From assembly GCA_013265495.1 (NCBI GenBank), contig MU059126.1:7058349-7122348 (forward strand): a DNA stretch of 64,000 nt. The letters are read 5' to 3'. The DNA comes from Vicugna vicugna (lineage: Eukaryota). Of the stretch, positions 25,457-39,370 are shown one piece after another (positions within the stretch are counted from its first letter, which is position 1; each line of letters opens with the position of its first letter). A program made the translations under genes and the position numbers. The notes under the pieces were generated by a model that saw only the letters and a program-made list of their open reading frames with translations, made no database searches and was not told the origin of the DNA.

Positions 25457-28400
25457 TCTATGGCATTTACTAACCACAGTAATAAAGCAAAGTTTTGGCT
25501 TTATCTCTCTAAAGGCTGACATCACATACTTCTCATTTTGCCAATGGGAAAACAGAGGCTCTCAGAAGTTAAGCAATTTTGCTGCCAAGATCACACAACA
25601 AGGGCACGAGAGAGGCAGAATCCCAGGCAATCTGATTCCAGTGCCTTTTATTCACACATTCTTGGAATACCTCCTACACCAAGGCAGAGTTAGAAGCCAT
25701 GACTCCTAGAAGGGAGGTGAGTTTCCGAACTCCAGCTCTAGTGCATACTGGAGAGGACTACTGAGTCTCAATTAATGGCAACTCCACAACATCCCTCCAC
25801 TGACCGCTAATTTAAAAAAAAAATGAAAATTAAGAAAGAAGCCCCAGACACAAAGCTGCTGCTTGACGTAGCTAACAAAATGAGCTGCCTTTAGAGAAGA
25901 GAACCCTAGGTGTCTAGGGATGCAGGAGCTGGCCAGGGTCAGAAGCGGGTCTCAGGTCACAGAAGAGGGCACAATCAAAAGGCCAACAGACAAACCACAT
26001 TCATGACCTTGATCCAGTGTTCTAAGCCAGGTTCTGCTTATCAGAAACTATGAGGGAGTTTGTTTTCTTTTTAAATAATAATTGAAAGGGTACTTCCACA
26101 GTCTACGTCTGGGTCTAGCTATGTTTATTTTTAAAAGCTCACCAGGGGATCCCAGTGATTAGCTAGTTTGGAAATCACTACTCTCACCCGCAAACTAGAC
26201 CCACTTCCCAGGGAAAAATTGTTCTTACCATATACCTTGAATTTTAACCTCTATGGTGCCATAATAATTGAAACTAAAACCCATAAAATGTCGTCAACTT
26301 AAAAGGAAAATCTAATTCCTAAACTCTTTGAAGACTCGGAGATCATAGTTTATATTCTCTACAAACAAAATAAGAAATGATGAAACATCATAGGAAGTAC
26401 CATTATTGTATCATTTTAATTATTCTATATTTTTGTAAACTAAAAATAAAACAAATCTTAAAATTCAAAAACAAATCCATTTGTATTGGGGCTGTGGGTT
26501 TTTTTTTTTACCTTAAAATATTAAGTATATATTGAAATGTTACAGGCAGAATTTCAGCTAAATGCGATGAACTGCCAATAACCAAGCCAAAAGGCAAGAT
26601 CTTTAAAGACAAAGACTTGAATGTGTTGCCATCCCACTGTTCCAGAGGTTATAAGTGTAACAAAGACTACACAGTAATTAAAAGTAGTATTTTTGTCAGA
26701 AGATCAAACCAGCGTGTCCTATATTTAAAAAAAAAAAAAAAGCCTCAGGCTGGTTTTCAAAAGGGTCTATTTTATACCAGAATAACCTATGAGCTGTCTG
26801 TTTCACCCTTCATTTGGAGGAAAACATAAATCATCCTCACAAGCCCACTGCAGAGCTAGGTCACTCAAACATATGAATCAAGGAGTGGAGAGTGAGTCGT
26901 GGATTAAGCCACAATTCCTTTCAATAAATATTTATTGAGTCCACTGAATGTCCCAGTACTCTTTTGGGTGCTGGCACCCCTGCACGTAGCCAAGATCCAT
27001 GTCCTCATGCAGTTAGAACTGAGCTTTAAGAATAAATATTTTAAGTAAGGAATGTCATGAACTTACAGAAATGGAAAGATGGAGGAAGCACAAGAAATGA
27101 CCCATTACTGAAAATACAAAAGAAAAACTAGAAAAAGAAACAGCCACACAACACGAATGTGATTCTTCCTAGTAGACATTATGACTGATGTAGAAAGGTC
27201 TGTTTCACTGATGGTCACCTGCCCATTTTTATTTTCACCAAGCATGGGGGACACAGTCTAGAAGTCAGGCCCTCTCTCCTTCACTGCCAGTTGGACAGGG
27301 GCCACGTCTCAGTTTCCAACACAAAGCAGTTCTAAAGCCAATGGCATTACTACCACTTGCCCCCAGCTCGCCAGTCTGGGCCAGGTCGCCACTCCCCTCT
27401 ACTACCCCCATGCAGGCAGAGTGGCCAACTCCAAGTCTGTAACACTTGTATTTGCAAGGTTGACACAGGCTGGGATAAATACATCAGCTAACTGCCTACG
27501 CCACATAAGCTCTTAATGACATGGGATGGGAAGTTATACCCAGAATACAATATATATCTCAGAAGTTCAAAGTACCGCCCAAGTTTTTCTGCAACTCTCC
27601 AAATTAGACAGGTGGTGACATGTTAAATGCTTATTTTCAGAATTTACCGCAATATTAATTCGTTTCTTCATCTGATTACAACCCCTAAAGAAGAACAGCT
27701 GCTCATAGGATAGGACCAGTTGCCCTATCTCAAGCACGTGCTTAGACCATGAACTACTGGGAGAAAAATAACTAAGCAATAGCTAACCTCCACGGGCTCA
27801 TGACTATTCCTTCTAAATGCACTCCAACAAATAGGCGTTCATAAAGAAATCTGAACCACGAGCCGTTGGGAGAGGGACAGAGGGTGAGTACAAGACTAGA
27901 GTCAATGGCTAAATGGCACAATGGCTAAGAACTTGACTTTGTAAATTGAAAACTCTTTGCTCAAGCCCATGAAATTTATCTAAACCTTGGCAAAATGGAA
28001 ACTGTAAAAACTATTATTACAAAACTGTTATTAAAAAATCATTTAAACAAAAGAGCCAGAACACTTGCATGATTCATAACCACTATTCATAATTGAATAG
28101 TGGCTCTAATTGAAGTTAAATATTACCAATTTTAACACAGGGGCAAAGTCTTACGAAAGAGATACTGGATTGTAAAAAATCACTTTGGCTCATTTCGCTG
28201 CTAATTTGGTTAAAGAGCAGTTCCTTTCATCTAACTGATCTGGGAGGATGCTTCTTGAAATTACAACCAAAACCCAAGACATAGACATACAGTTATACTG
28301 TAGCAACTTTATCCAGAGGGCTCAATGTAGCTCACACATATCTCATTCCATCCTCACAGGCTTTTTGCTTTTTTTAATTGAAACAACTTTTCTGGGGAGA

Positions 28401-30589
28401 TGTGCAAAGTTAGACTTCTGGTGCTTAACATATTTTAAATTCACTTTTCCTAGGTAGGTATTACCTTTCCAAGCAAATCCTTCTAGTTTTAATAGGTAAC
28501 AAATTCAGGAGTTACACAAAGTATTACCTTTAAAGTCAACACTGTATAATTATGTCTCACTCTGTCCATCACTGGTAAGGTATGGTAATTCTACCTTAGG
28601 GGGCACTGTCCCCGTTCCTTTATTTGTCTTTATTATGTTACTTCTGTTTTGAACAAATTATCCCGTCAAATATTCCCCAAATACTCACAACATAACTAAC
28701 TCTTATTATATTTACCTAGCCTACCTCTTCCTTAATGAAGAAAAAGCTGGCTGCAAGCTTCCATTCACCCTTTTCTACCTTCTTGTATCACCTTTCGTCA
28801 ACTCAAATTCCAAAAAGAAGGTCATTGGTGTACCAAGTGTCAGCCAGTGTCACCTTATGAGTCAATCAGGATGTGCTTAGAAAACAAAGCTGTGGGAGGT
28901 GTTTGCTTCAACAGCGCCAGGAAGGATGAGAAGAAATTCAGGTAACTGTACCACACGTATTCTGCAAAACTAATTAAGGAGGAACTCTGGAAAAAGTGAA
29001 AGACACAGAAAGGGTTTAAAAACAGGAGAACACAGGGAAGAAGAAGACAGGGAAGTATCACAAGTTTTTACTTTCGCACAGAAAGGTTATCACGGATGGC
29101 AAAAATAAACTAGCTGCCACTAGCAGGGTGAGTGAGCCTTAACTGGGAGCAGAGGAAGGGGCACCCGCGCGCCGCGATGGGCAGGGTGGTAGAGAAATCT
29201 CCTCTGAAAATCCATCAGTTTCTCCTCCTCCTCCATGCCAGCAGAAGTTAAGTCCTCTTAACATATATAGACTTGTTGGTGGGGGAATTGTGCAAGTGCA
29301 CTACTCTTAGCAAGACTTTCTTGATTCATCAGATCTAAGGACAGGAGTGCGGAAGTCAGCAGGCCTCTGAAAACACGTGTCTGCTTTGCGGTCTTGTCCT
29401 CATGTCCCCAGGCAGACACCATGAAGAGACACCACCCACAGGTCAACCTGAAAGCCTGGTGGCCTTTAAAGTCATTTCTGTCCAAAGTCATTTGTATTTC
29501 TTCTTCTTTTTGCCTGAAGTTGGTTGATCCAGAAATTCAGGTCTCCTGAATGTACACAGTCAACAAGGACAGTGCTCTCCTCGGGAGAATGTTCTTCCCA
29601 GTGATGTCAGGAGAAACGTTCATGTTGTCATGCTGGGGCCGCACAGGTTGCAGAGAAGTGAGGGTTTCCCCGCAGAGCTTCGGTGCACACACTCTTGGAG
29701 GATGCAGTGACTCCTCCTGAGAGGAGAATCCTTAGATTACCCGCCCACGTTGGGAGAGAACGGTGTGACAAGCTCACGCTCTCTCTACAAACAGGAGACA
29801 GCACTCCCTAAACTTAAGACTGGTTCCCCTGCCGTGGCTTCCCACTGCACTTGGGATATAAAGACATGACTCCTAAGGATGGTCCGCAGGCCCTGGGGCT
29901 CTGGCTCGTGCCCACCTTTTAGCCTGTGTGACACAATCCTGACCTGCACTCTTGGCCCGCAACCACCCAGACTTGGACTCTTTATTTCCCAGAGCTGCCA
30001 AGCCCTCTGGGACCCCAGGCCCTGGTCACAGTTGTTTCCTGACACACTGAAACGTGCCCTCCCCACAGACTTCACAGAGTTAATACCGATGCTGCCTTCA
30101 GCTCCAGGATCACGTAGTCAGAGAACTCCTTCCTGCACAAACCCCTCCCCTCTCTCTTGTTCTTTGTTCCCACAGAAACTTCTTTCTTTCCTTCACAGCA
30201 CACACATTAGTTTTAAACTGTCCATCCTCCTTTTCAGGTGGTGCTGGGGAAACTGCAGACTGAGTGTCCTTCTCCCCCACCTGACAGCAAGCTTCCCCAC
30301 GTTGCCCTGAAGCGCCACAGTGGGTCCTGGCCAACCAGGCTGGACCTAGCTGCCCAAACGTACTAACAGCAAGGAAGGAATGGGTGTGTCAGGAGAGGGG
30401 GCAGCCAACCAAGCAGCAAAGAGCGAGGGGTTCGGAGAGGAGATTCTTGGGGAGGAGAGCAAGGACTGCGTCTGGTTTTGCTCAGCTCTGGATCCCTAAG
30501 ACCAAGATAAGATGCTCAGTAACTACTTGTTCAATAAATGAATGAATGAATACATACTCGTTTCCTTTTCCTCTCTGCTCATTCATTCT

Positions 30590-31375
30590 ACAGATTGGCA
30601 GCTCCATTATCCCTCCCACCCTCTGAATCTACTCTTTCAAAGGTCACAGTGACCTCCCAAGGGAATAGTCCAACAAGGCACTTTTCAGTTCTTCACTTTT
30701 TGGACACACATGCCAGGTCTACCATTGATCAGCTGTTCTCCCACCTCAAACTGTTTCTGTCACTCCAGGTTCTCCAAGATTTTGTTCTGAGCTTTTGTAC
30801 CTCTTCATAGGTTCTCCATACTTTGTGCTTCTCTAGTGGTGTGTTCCAGAGTTCTTCCCAAGGCCCACATCATCTCTCACAACACCCTCTCTGCTGACTT
30901 CATACTCTCTCTGGATTAAAATACTATACTACTGAGCCCCAAATGCATAGCTCAAGTTCAGGCTTGATGGATTCCTGTATTCGGACCACAAGACCTTTGC
31001 CCATTTCTCCAGTCTCACTCCCAGTATGGCCAGCCTTCTCTTTGTTCTGTGTCTTCCCTCTGCTGCCACAGGGCCTTTGCACAGGAAGTTCCCTCTGCCA
31101 AGCTGAAGTCTATTCACTCTTCAGACCATAGGACAGGTGACTACAGGAAAGACTTCTCTGACTCTACACCAAATCTTTCCATTACCAGTTCCCATAGCAC
31201 TGTGCCCTTTTCTTGCCTGGTACCTGTGGACACCTGCAACTGCACATCACTTCTGTAATGATCTGATTAACATTTGTCTCCTCTATGAGCAGTGAGTTTC
31301 ACAAGAGCATAAAAAAATCCTCACATCAAGAACAATGCCTTCTACATTGTTGACACTCAATAAAATATTTGTTTT
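30590..31375 (+). mobile_element. L2 LINE fragment
   Basis: TCAAAGGTCACAGTGACCTCC...CACAGGGCCTTTGCACAGG...TTAACATTTGTCTCCTC...CTCAATAAAATATTTG. Confidence 0.75.
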
Positions 31376-31654
31376 ATATATGAACTCCTGCTCGAAATCT
31401 TAGACATAAGATACTGAGGATACAGGAATTAGTACAGAATAATTGTGAATAGCACAAGCTGCAAATCAACCAGGTCTGACTTTGCTAATGTGTTTATTCA
31501 CTGACTCATTCATTCACTCAGGAGGAGTTTATTTATGAAGGCTTACTACGTATGGGACACAACGTAAAATGTTCAGGATCAGAGGTGAACAAAAGAGACA
31601 CAATCCCGACTCTCAAAGATTTAAATCCTAGGTCTAGAACTTATGGACCATGTG

Positions 31655-31880
31655 CAGAGACTAGCAGCCAGCGAATTCTTCCTGTAAAGACCCAGAGAGT
31701 AAGTATTTTCAGCTTTACGGGCCATGACTTCTCTGTTGTGCTACTCAACCCTCCACTGTAGTGCAAAAGCAACTATAGACCACAAGGAAGTGAGCGAGCA
31801 TGGCTGTGTTCTCATGAAACTTTACAGAACATGCAGAAGGCAGAACCTGGCCTGTGGACACTGCTGGCCAGCCCTCCTTT
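31655..31880 (-). mobile_element. MER58A DNA transposon
   Basis: TTCCTGTAAAGACCCAGAGAGTAAGTATTTTCAGCTTTACGGGCCA...GCATGGCTGTGTTCTCATGAAACTTTAC. Confidence 0.8.
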
Positions 31881-32179
31881 AGACCAATATCTTCATTTCT
31901 ATGTTCAGTTTCCTTCTATGTAAAATGTATATAGTATCACGTATTCTTCCTTCTTCTTTTTATCTACTACATTTCCATCCACTTTATCCCTTAATTTTTT
32001 TCACTAATGCTTTCCTCTTATGTCTCCTAAGACTTCTAGAGTCAGTGCTTTCATAATTCATTTTCCCAATTATTTTGAGAGCTTCCCCACCTCCAACCGT
32101 ATTCCTCTAAAACTCACCTCCCACCTCCACCAGCAACCAGAGGCATCCACTTGACCATCCCTCTCCTTCTCGAAAATGT

Positions 32180-32620
32180 AAATAAATGAAAAACACATGG
32201 AAACAAACACAAATACGCGCCCTCAGCGGCTGCCCAGCACCCGCGACATCGGCTCCAAGACCTCCTGGGGTCACATCCCAGCCTTGTCTCACCTGCCCCC
32301 AGCCTCCCACCAAAATCTAGAGCATGTGCCCTTGGCTTCTTCCGCTCCCTATGCTCCCTTATCCTCGTCCTTCTGGAATGACCCTACTTGTTCCTCAAGG
32401 TTCCACTCGACACTAACCACGCGGGGGGGACCGTCCTCACCTTCTGAGGCAGAAGTGCCGTCCTTCCGCGCGCGCGCAGCACCCCCCACGAGGCAGGAGG
32501 GCCGCCGTCACCGCCGGAGGAGGTGCGGTGCGAGAAGGCGGAGGGGCACGTGCTAACACTGCGCAGCGCTTTCCATCCTCTCCTGCCAGACTCCGCGCAA
32601 GGCCACCCCTCCCGAGCTGC
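32180..32620 (-). promoter_or_regulatory. CpG-rich intronic island / candidate alternative promoter
   Basis: Sharp local rise in GC and CpG (GCGCGCGC, CGCCG, GGCGG) in a CpG-depleted window. E-box CACGTG at 32547-32552 and TGCGCA motifs are present. Confidence 0.65.
32441..32600 (-). other. candidate alternative first exon
   Basis: Strong donor CTCAGAAG|GTGAGG (GT = 32439-32440) at the edge of the CpG island, in the same orientation as the host gene. The 5' end (TSS) is approximate. Confidence 0.5.
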
Positions 32621-33359
32621 GCAGTGTACTCCGCACACGTTAACTCACGAAATGATCACACCTCTGAAATTGATTCAGGTGTGTCTGCTCTAACCCTGTC
32701 TATACCGTCCTGAGAAATGTCACGTTCTGCAAAATCACCCACTCTGAACAAGAGGGCATGGAGGAACAGGGAAGGTGAGGGGCGACCCCTCAAAACCTCT
32801 GGACCTTTGTAAGCAGAGCATGAGTAACAACAGTCAGTAAACCCTAATTCAGCGCCAGCTGGTTAAATTTCTACTGGCGTTTGCAACCAGCTTCACAGAT
32901 GGTTTTAAACCCTGAGCCTCCAGCTTCCTCCCCTTCAGAAGGTAGATCTTGGTGGATAAGTGCTTCTTGTGTAGATTATTTCTTTAAAAATTAAAATCTG
33001 ATCCTGGACCTAGGACTCTGTGAGTCCACTGTGTTAATACAGAGAGAAATGTCTCTGCAGCTTTTCCTCTGCACGCAGATCTCTAGAGAGCACACCACCA
33101 AGACAGGCAAGCAGTTCTTGCCGCCTAGATTTCACTAAACCTGCAGAGACATTCGGCTTACTGTAAAGTCTTCATCTAAGGCTAAGGCTTTCGCTTTAAA
33201 TATCATAAAGCTTGCCTTGGACTCCTTCAAACATTTACACACTGTGGAAAAGGAACAAAAGGAATTCATGTTACCCCAGCATGAGTTCTTTCTTTACCAG
33301 TAACACTGGAGGGATTCCCACTAAAGAAAACACACTGCAACAGAATAGGATGTCCTGAT

Positions 33360-33480
33360 ACAACACCCATTTTACAGATGAGGAAACTAAGGACTTGTCT
33401 ACAGACTAAATTACCTGCCCCAGATTACCTAGCGACAGAGCTGGGATTCAAGGCAAGCTGTGTAATTCCAGATTTGTGCA
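33360..33480 (-). mobile_element. MIR SINE
   Basis: CCCATTTTACAGATGAGGAAACTAAGG...AGAGCTGGGATTCAA. Confidence 0.7.
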
Positions 33481-34015
33481 TTTAAGGAAAGAGGGAGGAA
33501 GGGAGGGAGGGAGGGAGAAAGGGATACAGAAAGCAAAGCAGGGAAGGAGATTAACATCTATAAAGGTATTCTTCAAGAGAAAAAAAAGGGAAAGTCTTTG
33601 AGAGAAAATTAGTCATTTCTCTCTCTCTCAAGAAAGTTAAAATGAGTATTAAACTACAGAAGAATTAACAAAAAACACACAGAAGTGAGCCACGTGCTCC
33701 TGCTCCCCATACTCACTGACCAATCATAAACAAACATCCTGAGCCCAAACTTGTTTTCTGTTTAATAAAGAAGAGAACATAAAAGCTAGCGAACATTCTG
33801 CAACCACAAATCATGTCAGGAATGAATTTTCATCTTACAGATTTAGTAAACCTGAGAATTCAGTATGTAATATGGATTTTAAGATGTGCGTATAAATAAA
33901 CTCAGGGCAGTCTGGTCAGCTCCCTCACCTTCTATTTCTAATAAGTCTGAGCTCAGTCTTTGCTTAAAAAGCCTTCAGGAAAGTCCCTAAGATGCAGTTA
34001 AGTGATAGCCAATAT

Positions 34016-34086
34016 TTTTTTATTTTTATTTTATTATTATTATTATTATTTTATTTTTATTTTTATTTTATTATTATTATTATTAT
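34016..34086 (+). repeat. AT-rich simple repeat (TTA/TTTTA mix)
   Basis: Read directly. Confidence 0.9.
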
Positions 34087-35039
34087 CAAAACACACAAAG
34101 ACAAATAACAGAACTAAATAACAATAAAAGAGGCTTTTCCAACCCACCTTTTGCCACCTTCAAGGAGAAACAGGTCACTGAAACTACCGTGGAACTCTAA
34201 GCATTCTGTACACTGGAGTTTCTTTATCATGACAACTATTCTGTGTATTTAATATTTAAAGCAAATCTAGTGTTTCTTTCAAGGGCTTTTTAAGTACTTT
34301 GTCATCTTCATCTTATCATGAATGCAGTATCAGTGACTTGTAGGTGGTCACCTCTCAAGGAAAAAGTGGAGGCAGTTCACTGAACGGCAATTAGGAGCGA
34401 AGTCTGAGACCAGGTGGTTGGCTGGGGAGATGGAGGCCCAGGAAGGCAACTTCTCCAAGGTCAAACTCCTGGTCCATGCATGGGCACAGGTACTACGCAT
34501 GTATGTTTGATTTCAGGGCTGTAGGTGAACATTGCAAGATAGGTTGAAGGAATGGCCTTTGGTCTTATCTCAAGATAGTACATATCATGGAAGTAAGATA
34601 AATGGTTTAGTAGCAAAAATAAAGGTCAGCAAGTAGGTACTATTGAGTACAGAACACTCAAGGTGATATGTTTCTGAAAGGTAAAAAAATAAAAAGAAAA
34701 GATTAAAACTATATAAATTACAAGTAATAGGGGTGGAGCAGCAGGATCTTAGACCAGGAAAAAAAAAGTGGGCAGATCATGTAAGGAAGAAGTCAAGGGA
34801 TCCCAGAGCATAGGAATCAAAACACTTGCAGACTGCATAAAAATAACTGTGCAACTTGGTTAGCGAAGAAAACTTTCTCAGCACAGATAAAGGTTCCCAT
34901 CAGTTGACTGGCTCTACAAAGTGGGCCCTGGGGCTCGCAGATGAGAGGCTGTGATTAAATGTATTTTGAATCTCTACTTGCCTAAAAATAATAATGCTTG
35001 CAAAGTGAACAGTTAATAAAGCCATATATGATCACTTAC

Positions 35040-35315
35040 CTTGAACCAGAGTTCCAGAATCAAAACTGTTGATTTCTTGGCATATAAATGAAATTTTAAT
35101 TTCAGAATCAGAGCACTATGACAGCTTCTGACATCTATTAATTTTTCTTGAAAATTTAGCCCCAATTTTAACCAATTCCCCAGAATTCTCTTTAAGTAAG
35201 GATTTAACTGTTGCCTAATTTGGCTGTCAATCACCAAAACAACTTCTAACAATTTTAAGTAGTGGGTATAATTTGGGGAGAAGTCAAAAATTTGTGGCCA
35301 AGCATCCCACTTCCC
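35040..35315 (-). other. candidate cassette (non-coding) exon, 276 nt
   Basis: Consensus donor TTCAAG|GTAAGT (GT = 35038-35039) and acceptor TTTTTTTCCCCCTCAG|G (AG = 35316-35317), both in non-repeat sequence. Confidence 0.35.
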
Positions 35316-35606
35316 CTGAGGGGGAAAAAAATTACTGTTAAGGGAGCCTGAATAGTCAGGTGATTTTTAAGAATAAAAATTCCTTTTGCTGCTGAAATGT
35401 AACTCAACTGTTACTGGTTAAAAGAATCTTTACATATCTCATATGTTTCTAGAGAAATTAATTCCAGATCCTATGTGGAATCAACTTTTCCTCACCTTTT
35501 GCCCAAACATTAACCCTCTGATCACTTCTCAAGAACCCATTATGTGGTTGAATCACTGTGTGCTTGGTGTGTGTCTCTGGCTGAAACACTGATGACAGTG
35601 ATCAAC

Positions 35607-35750
35607 ATTAATAAGTATTGTGCCAGACACAGTGCTAAGTGCTTTGCAAGGATCACTTCCCTTATTTCTCACAGTAGCCCTATAAGCTAGGGGACTTCTA
35701 TTATCCTTGTCATGCAGACAAGGGAACTGAGGTTCAGAAAGGATTTGGGG
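35607..35750 (-). mobile_element. MIR SINE
   Basis: TGTGCCAGACACAGTGCTAAGTGCTTTGC...GGGAACTGAGGTTCAGAAAGG. Confidence 0.75.
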
Positions 35751-37166
35751 ACTGACCCTCTCACACCAAGCCCACACCCTTAAACAAGGACGCTTCAGCC
35801 ACAGGGCAGGTATAGTACAAGATCAAACGTCTTGGGGCAAGAGTTCTTTGAATGAATTTTCAGTGAAAAATGGAAACCCTAACAGAAAAGCAAAGTGAGT
35901 CTAGGCAACAAGGTTCATGATCAGTGCAGTTCATAAGGGCATCTTTGGGTTATTTCTGATTTTCCCCTCTGACTAGGAGTGAGGTAGGAAGATTAAATGT
36001 CTTCTGGTGGAAGCAAAGGGCACTTCATGGCTCCTATGTGAGTCATGCCTCTTCTAAAGCTGGACATGGGTCTGCATGCTGGGTGTGCAAATTAAGGATG
36101 CCAGCAACAGAAAGAATTGGTCTTTCCCTTGGCACTTCCAAAAATGAACACTTGTTTTAGTCCAACCCTGAGGCAAGATGGCCGCATGCACTGAATATAC
36201 TGCCTTCCAGCAGACAACTAACACTGAAAAAGAAAAAGAAAGAAAAACACTTTCTGTTGATGTCAATGCTCCAGTGTAAAAGGCCAAGCCAAGACTACGG
36301 CCACATCAGTAAAGACCTTTGATGACAGAGACTGGCTATCGAGGGCCTGCTGTCCGTGAAATGATAAATGATTGGGTCCCTAGGACCCTGAAAAGGCCAT
36401 TCTGTGTTACCATTAACTAAATCCCACCTACAAAAAGGAAAGAAGGGTCCAAAAGTGGAATTTAAAGAACACTTGAGAGTTTTTTTTTTTAAGTTTCCTA
36501 AAAAGAAGTACCTCTTCACCTTTTTTAAAAGTCAAACATTCCCAGGCCACATTCGATTAGGAGTTGTGCTTTTAGTTTTTGTTGATTAAGACAATGTGTA
36601 AAAATAAGGAAGAAAATGAAAGCTATGCCCTTGCTATCAATCTGTACTTTGTTCACTAAAGCAGTATTAACACTTATTTGAAAAAGAGATGGATACGTAA
36701 GGGAGGTATGTATTTAATTTATAAATGTTGGTGGACTAATGGATTCATTGATCCCCCCGAGTTCCTACATAGGCACAATAGTTTCTGTAGCTTAAAGTGG
36801 GAACCACCGCATAACTTCAAAGTTTCTTATTATCGTTTTACCCCAACTCATGTCCCCAAGAATTGGCAGGATTAACCTATTGTTAACAACCTTTCATGAG
36901 TATATGGGATTTGCCCCGTGTACAAAGACTCTAAGGAGCTACTGGATATTTTGCAACTTCCGCTGATCAATTTTACCTGAAAGTAACATTTTCTTTGCTT
37001 GTCTTCCTCTTCCCTTCCTTCGCAAAGTACCTACCAATTGTACCACTGTTGGAGACTTTCCATAACTCTTGATATGTATACTTTCCATCTAAGAGGTTGA
37101 CTTTATTTACACAAGTATTTCTCAATTTTTCTTATGTTTCTTACAAATTAACTTCCAGGTTTCTAC

Positions 37167-37340
37167 AACAGCGATTCTCAAACATGAGTCTGCATTAGAA
37201 TCTTTCAGATTAATGGGCCCCACCCCTGGGGTTTCTGGCTCAATAGCTCCCAGGCGGACCCAGGGAACCTGTGTTTCTAAACAGCTCCCAGGTCACGTGG
37301 GGGCTGCAGGCCCCAGACCACATTTTGAGAACCACTGAGT
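37167..37340. mobile_element. MER5A DNA transposon
   Basis: CAGCGATTCTCAAACATGAGTCTGCATTAGAATC...GGGCCCCACCCC...GACCACATTTTGAGAACCACTG, with both terminal repeats visible. Confidence 0.85.
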
Positions 37341-38833
37341 TACAGAAAACTGTCCCAGAAACACCGTTTGAAGTTAAGTTCTATACACCTTCGCTTCGTG
37401 TCAAACTGAATGAGGACTTCACATCAAAATTAAATGTCCTTCCAGAATGTTCAGGTTTTTTTCCCATCTATGAGATACCAGTGGTCCTAAGCGTCAGTAA
37501 AAATGTGCACAATGTCCCATACTCTTAACACTGCATTATGAACTCTATCAATATTATGCCAATTAATGAGTTGAAAAACCTCTTTAGGTATATGATTTTA
37601 ATACAAGTTTGGAGAGCTACTGGGAAAATTGAAATCAACTTTACAACAGCATGCATGTTTATTAACTTACATTATTTTTAAGATGATAATAAAATAAGTA
37701 ATAAACATTGAGAAAATAGGTAGTTCCAAACTCGGGAAATCAAAAAACCTGACAATAGAAATGTTTTTCTTTCTGGAACTCATGGCATGGTTAATATTTT
37801 TGCTCCCTTGGTTTTCTTGCTAAACTGAACAACAATGTAACTTCACACACTCTTAGTATTTATATGAAGAACACATTAAATCCCTCTAACAAAGTTTGCT
37901 AATTCCAGTATCATCAACTCGTTGCTTGCATTAGGAATGATCAGGTACCCAATAAAATTAAAATGATCATTTTAGGTGTATTATCTCCTGTTTAATAAAT
38001 GGTCATAAACTAGCAAAGAGAAAATCTAGGTGCCTGGTATATAAGGAGGAAAAACTGTTTCATGGAGTTATCAGCTGTGCTGAAAAATTCCTAAAAATGC
38101 ACTGCAGGTTAACTGAGAAAAGAAATTGCCTTAGCAACATTAGCATGAATAAAAATCATATATACAACTCCTTCCCCAAAGTAGTTTTTTAATAACTTAT
38201 ATGTTTATTCAGCTACAATTAAATATATTTAAAGAAGAACTAGGATTAACGGGTCTCCTTTTCCTTCCATGTCTTTTTTGCATCATGAACATTTATGGGG
38301 TGCTTCCATGTTCCTAAGGCTTTAGACACCTTTACCACGCAGAGCAGGTGCCATGTAAGTGTGGTACGTGTAGGTTTGAGAAAAAGCTGGATTGGAAGGA
38401 TGAGTAAGACGTGTGACCAACGAGTTAAGAGCTGTCACTGCTCAAGCCTGAATGGAAGGCTGTTGGCAGAGACGGGTCCAAATGCCACATTACCAAGGGT
38501 GACTCTGCTGTGCTCGCCTGGGAAAGGGTGCTTGGACAGGAACTATCGACCACACATAAGGTACGTCACCTAACCTGGGCTACAAAGGGTTGTGAGGAAA
38601 AAAAGGACTAACTTTTTTGGTCTCCTTTGGTGGGGAGGAAGGCAGCGGGACAGCAAATGTTTTGGGCAGGTATAAATGGTGGCAAATGAAGATGGCAACT
38701 TGGAGATGATAATCATAATTACTATATTTAGTGATTAATAATTAGGAATTATTATTTTATTCATTATCAACAACAATAAAGCAGAATCCTTTGCCGGGTA
38801 CTTTCCATCTACTCAGCACTGTGCTAAATGCTT

Positions 38834-39370
38834 CAGATCTGTGCTAATACAGAGGCCATAGGCCACGTGTGCTACTGAGCACTGGAAACCCGGCCAGTGT
38901 GACTGAGAAAATACATTTTTTATTTCATTTAAACGTAAATGTAAAGACTTGTACTCAACTTAGTTATTGGAAATCTTTTAAATTCGTTTGAAGCAACTTG
39001 GTAAGTAGATATAAATCCACTTTTCTGACTATAAATCTCACAAAATCTAAATACAGATCGAGTAATTTAATGAAAATTCAGCATCCAAACTGCAATGCTC
39101 GTGTAAGTGTATAACACATATCTGATTTTGAGGACCTAGTGTGAAAGACTCAACATGAAGACTTAACACAGAAAAAAGAGAATGTAAAAAATCTTAGTAA
39201 CTTTTATATTGATTATATGGTGAAATAGTAACCTTTTAGATATACTGAATTAAATAAACCATATTATTAAAGTTGACTTCACCTGTTTCTTTTTAATGTT
39301 TTTAATGTGACTACTAGAAAGTTTAAATTCATCTGTGTGGCTCACATTTTATTTCTGTTAGAGAGCACTG
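38834..39370 (-). mobile_element. MER33/Charlie1-family DNA transposon inserted in a MIR
   Basis: GGCCACGTGTGCTACTGAGCACTGGAAA at the left end and TTCACCTGTTTC...GTGACTACTAGAAAGTTTAAA...TGGCTCAC...AGCACTG at the right end. MIR sequence on both sides (about 38790-38833 and 39371-39510). Confidence 0.7.
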
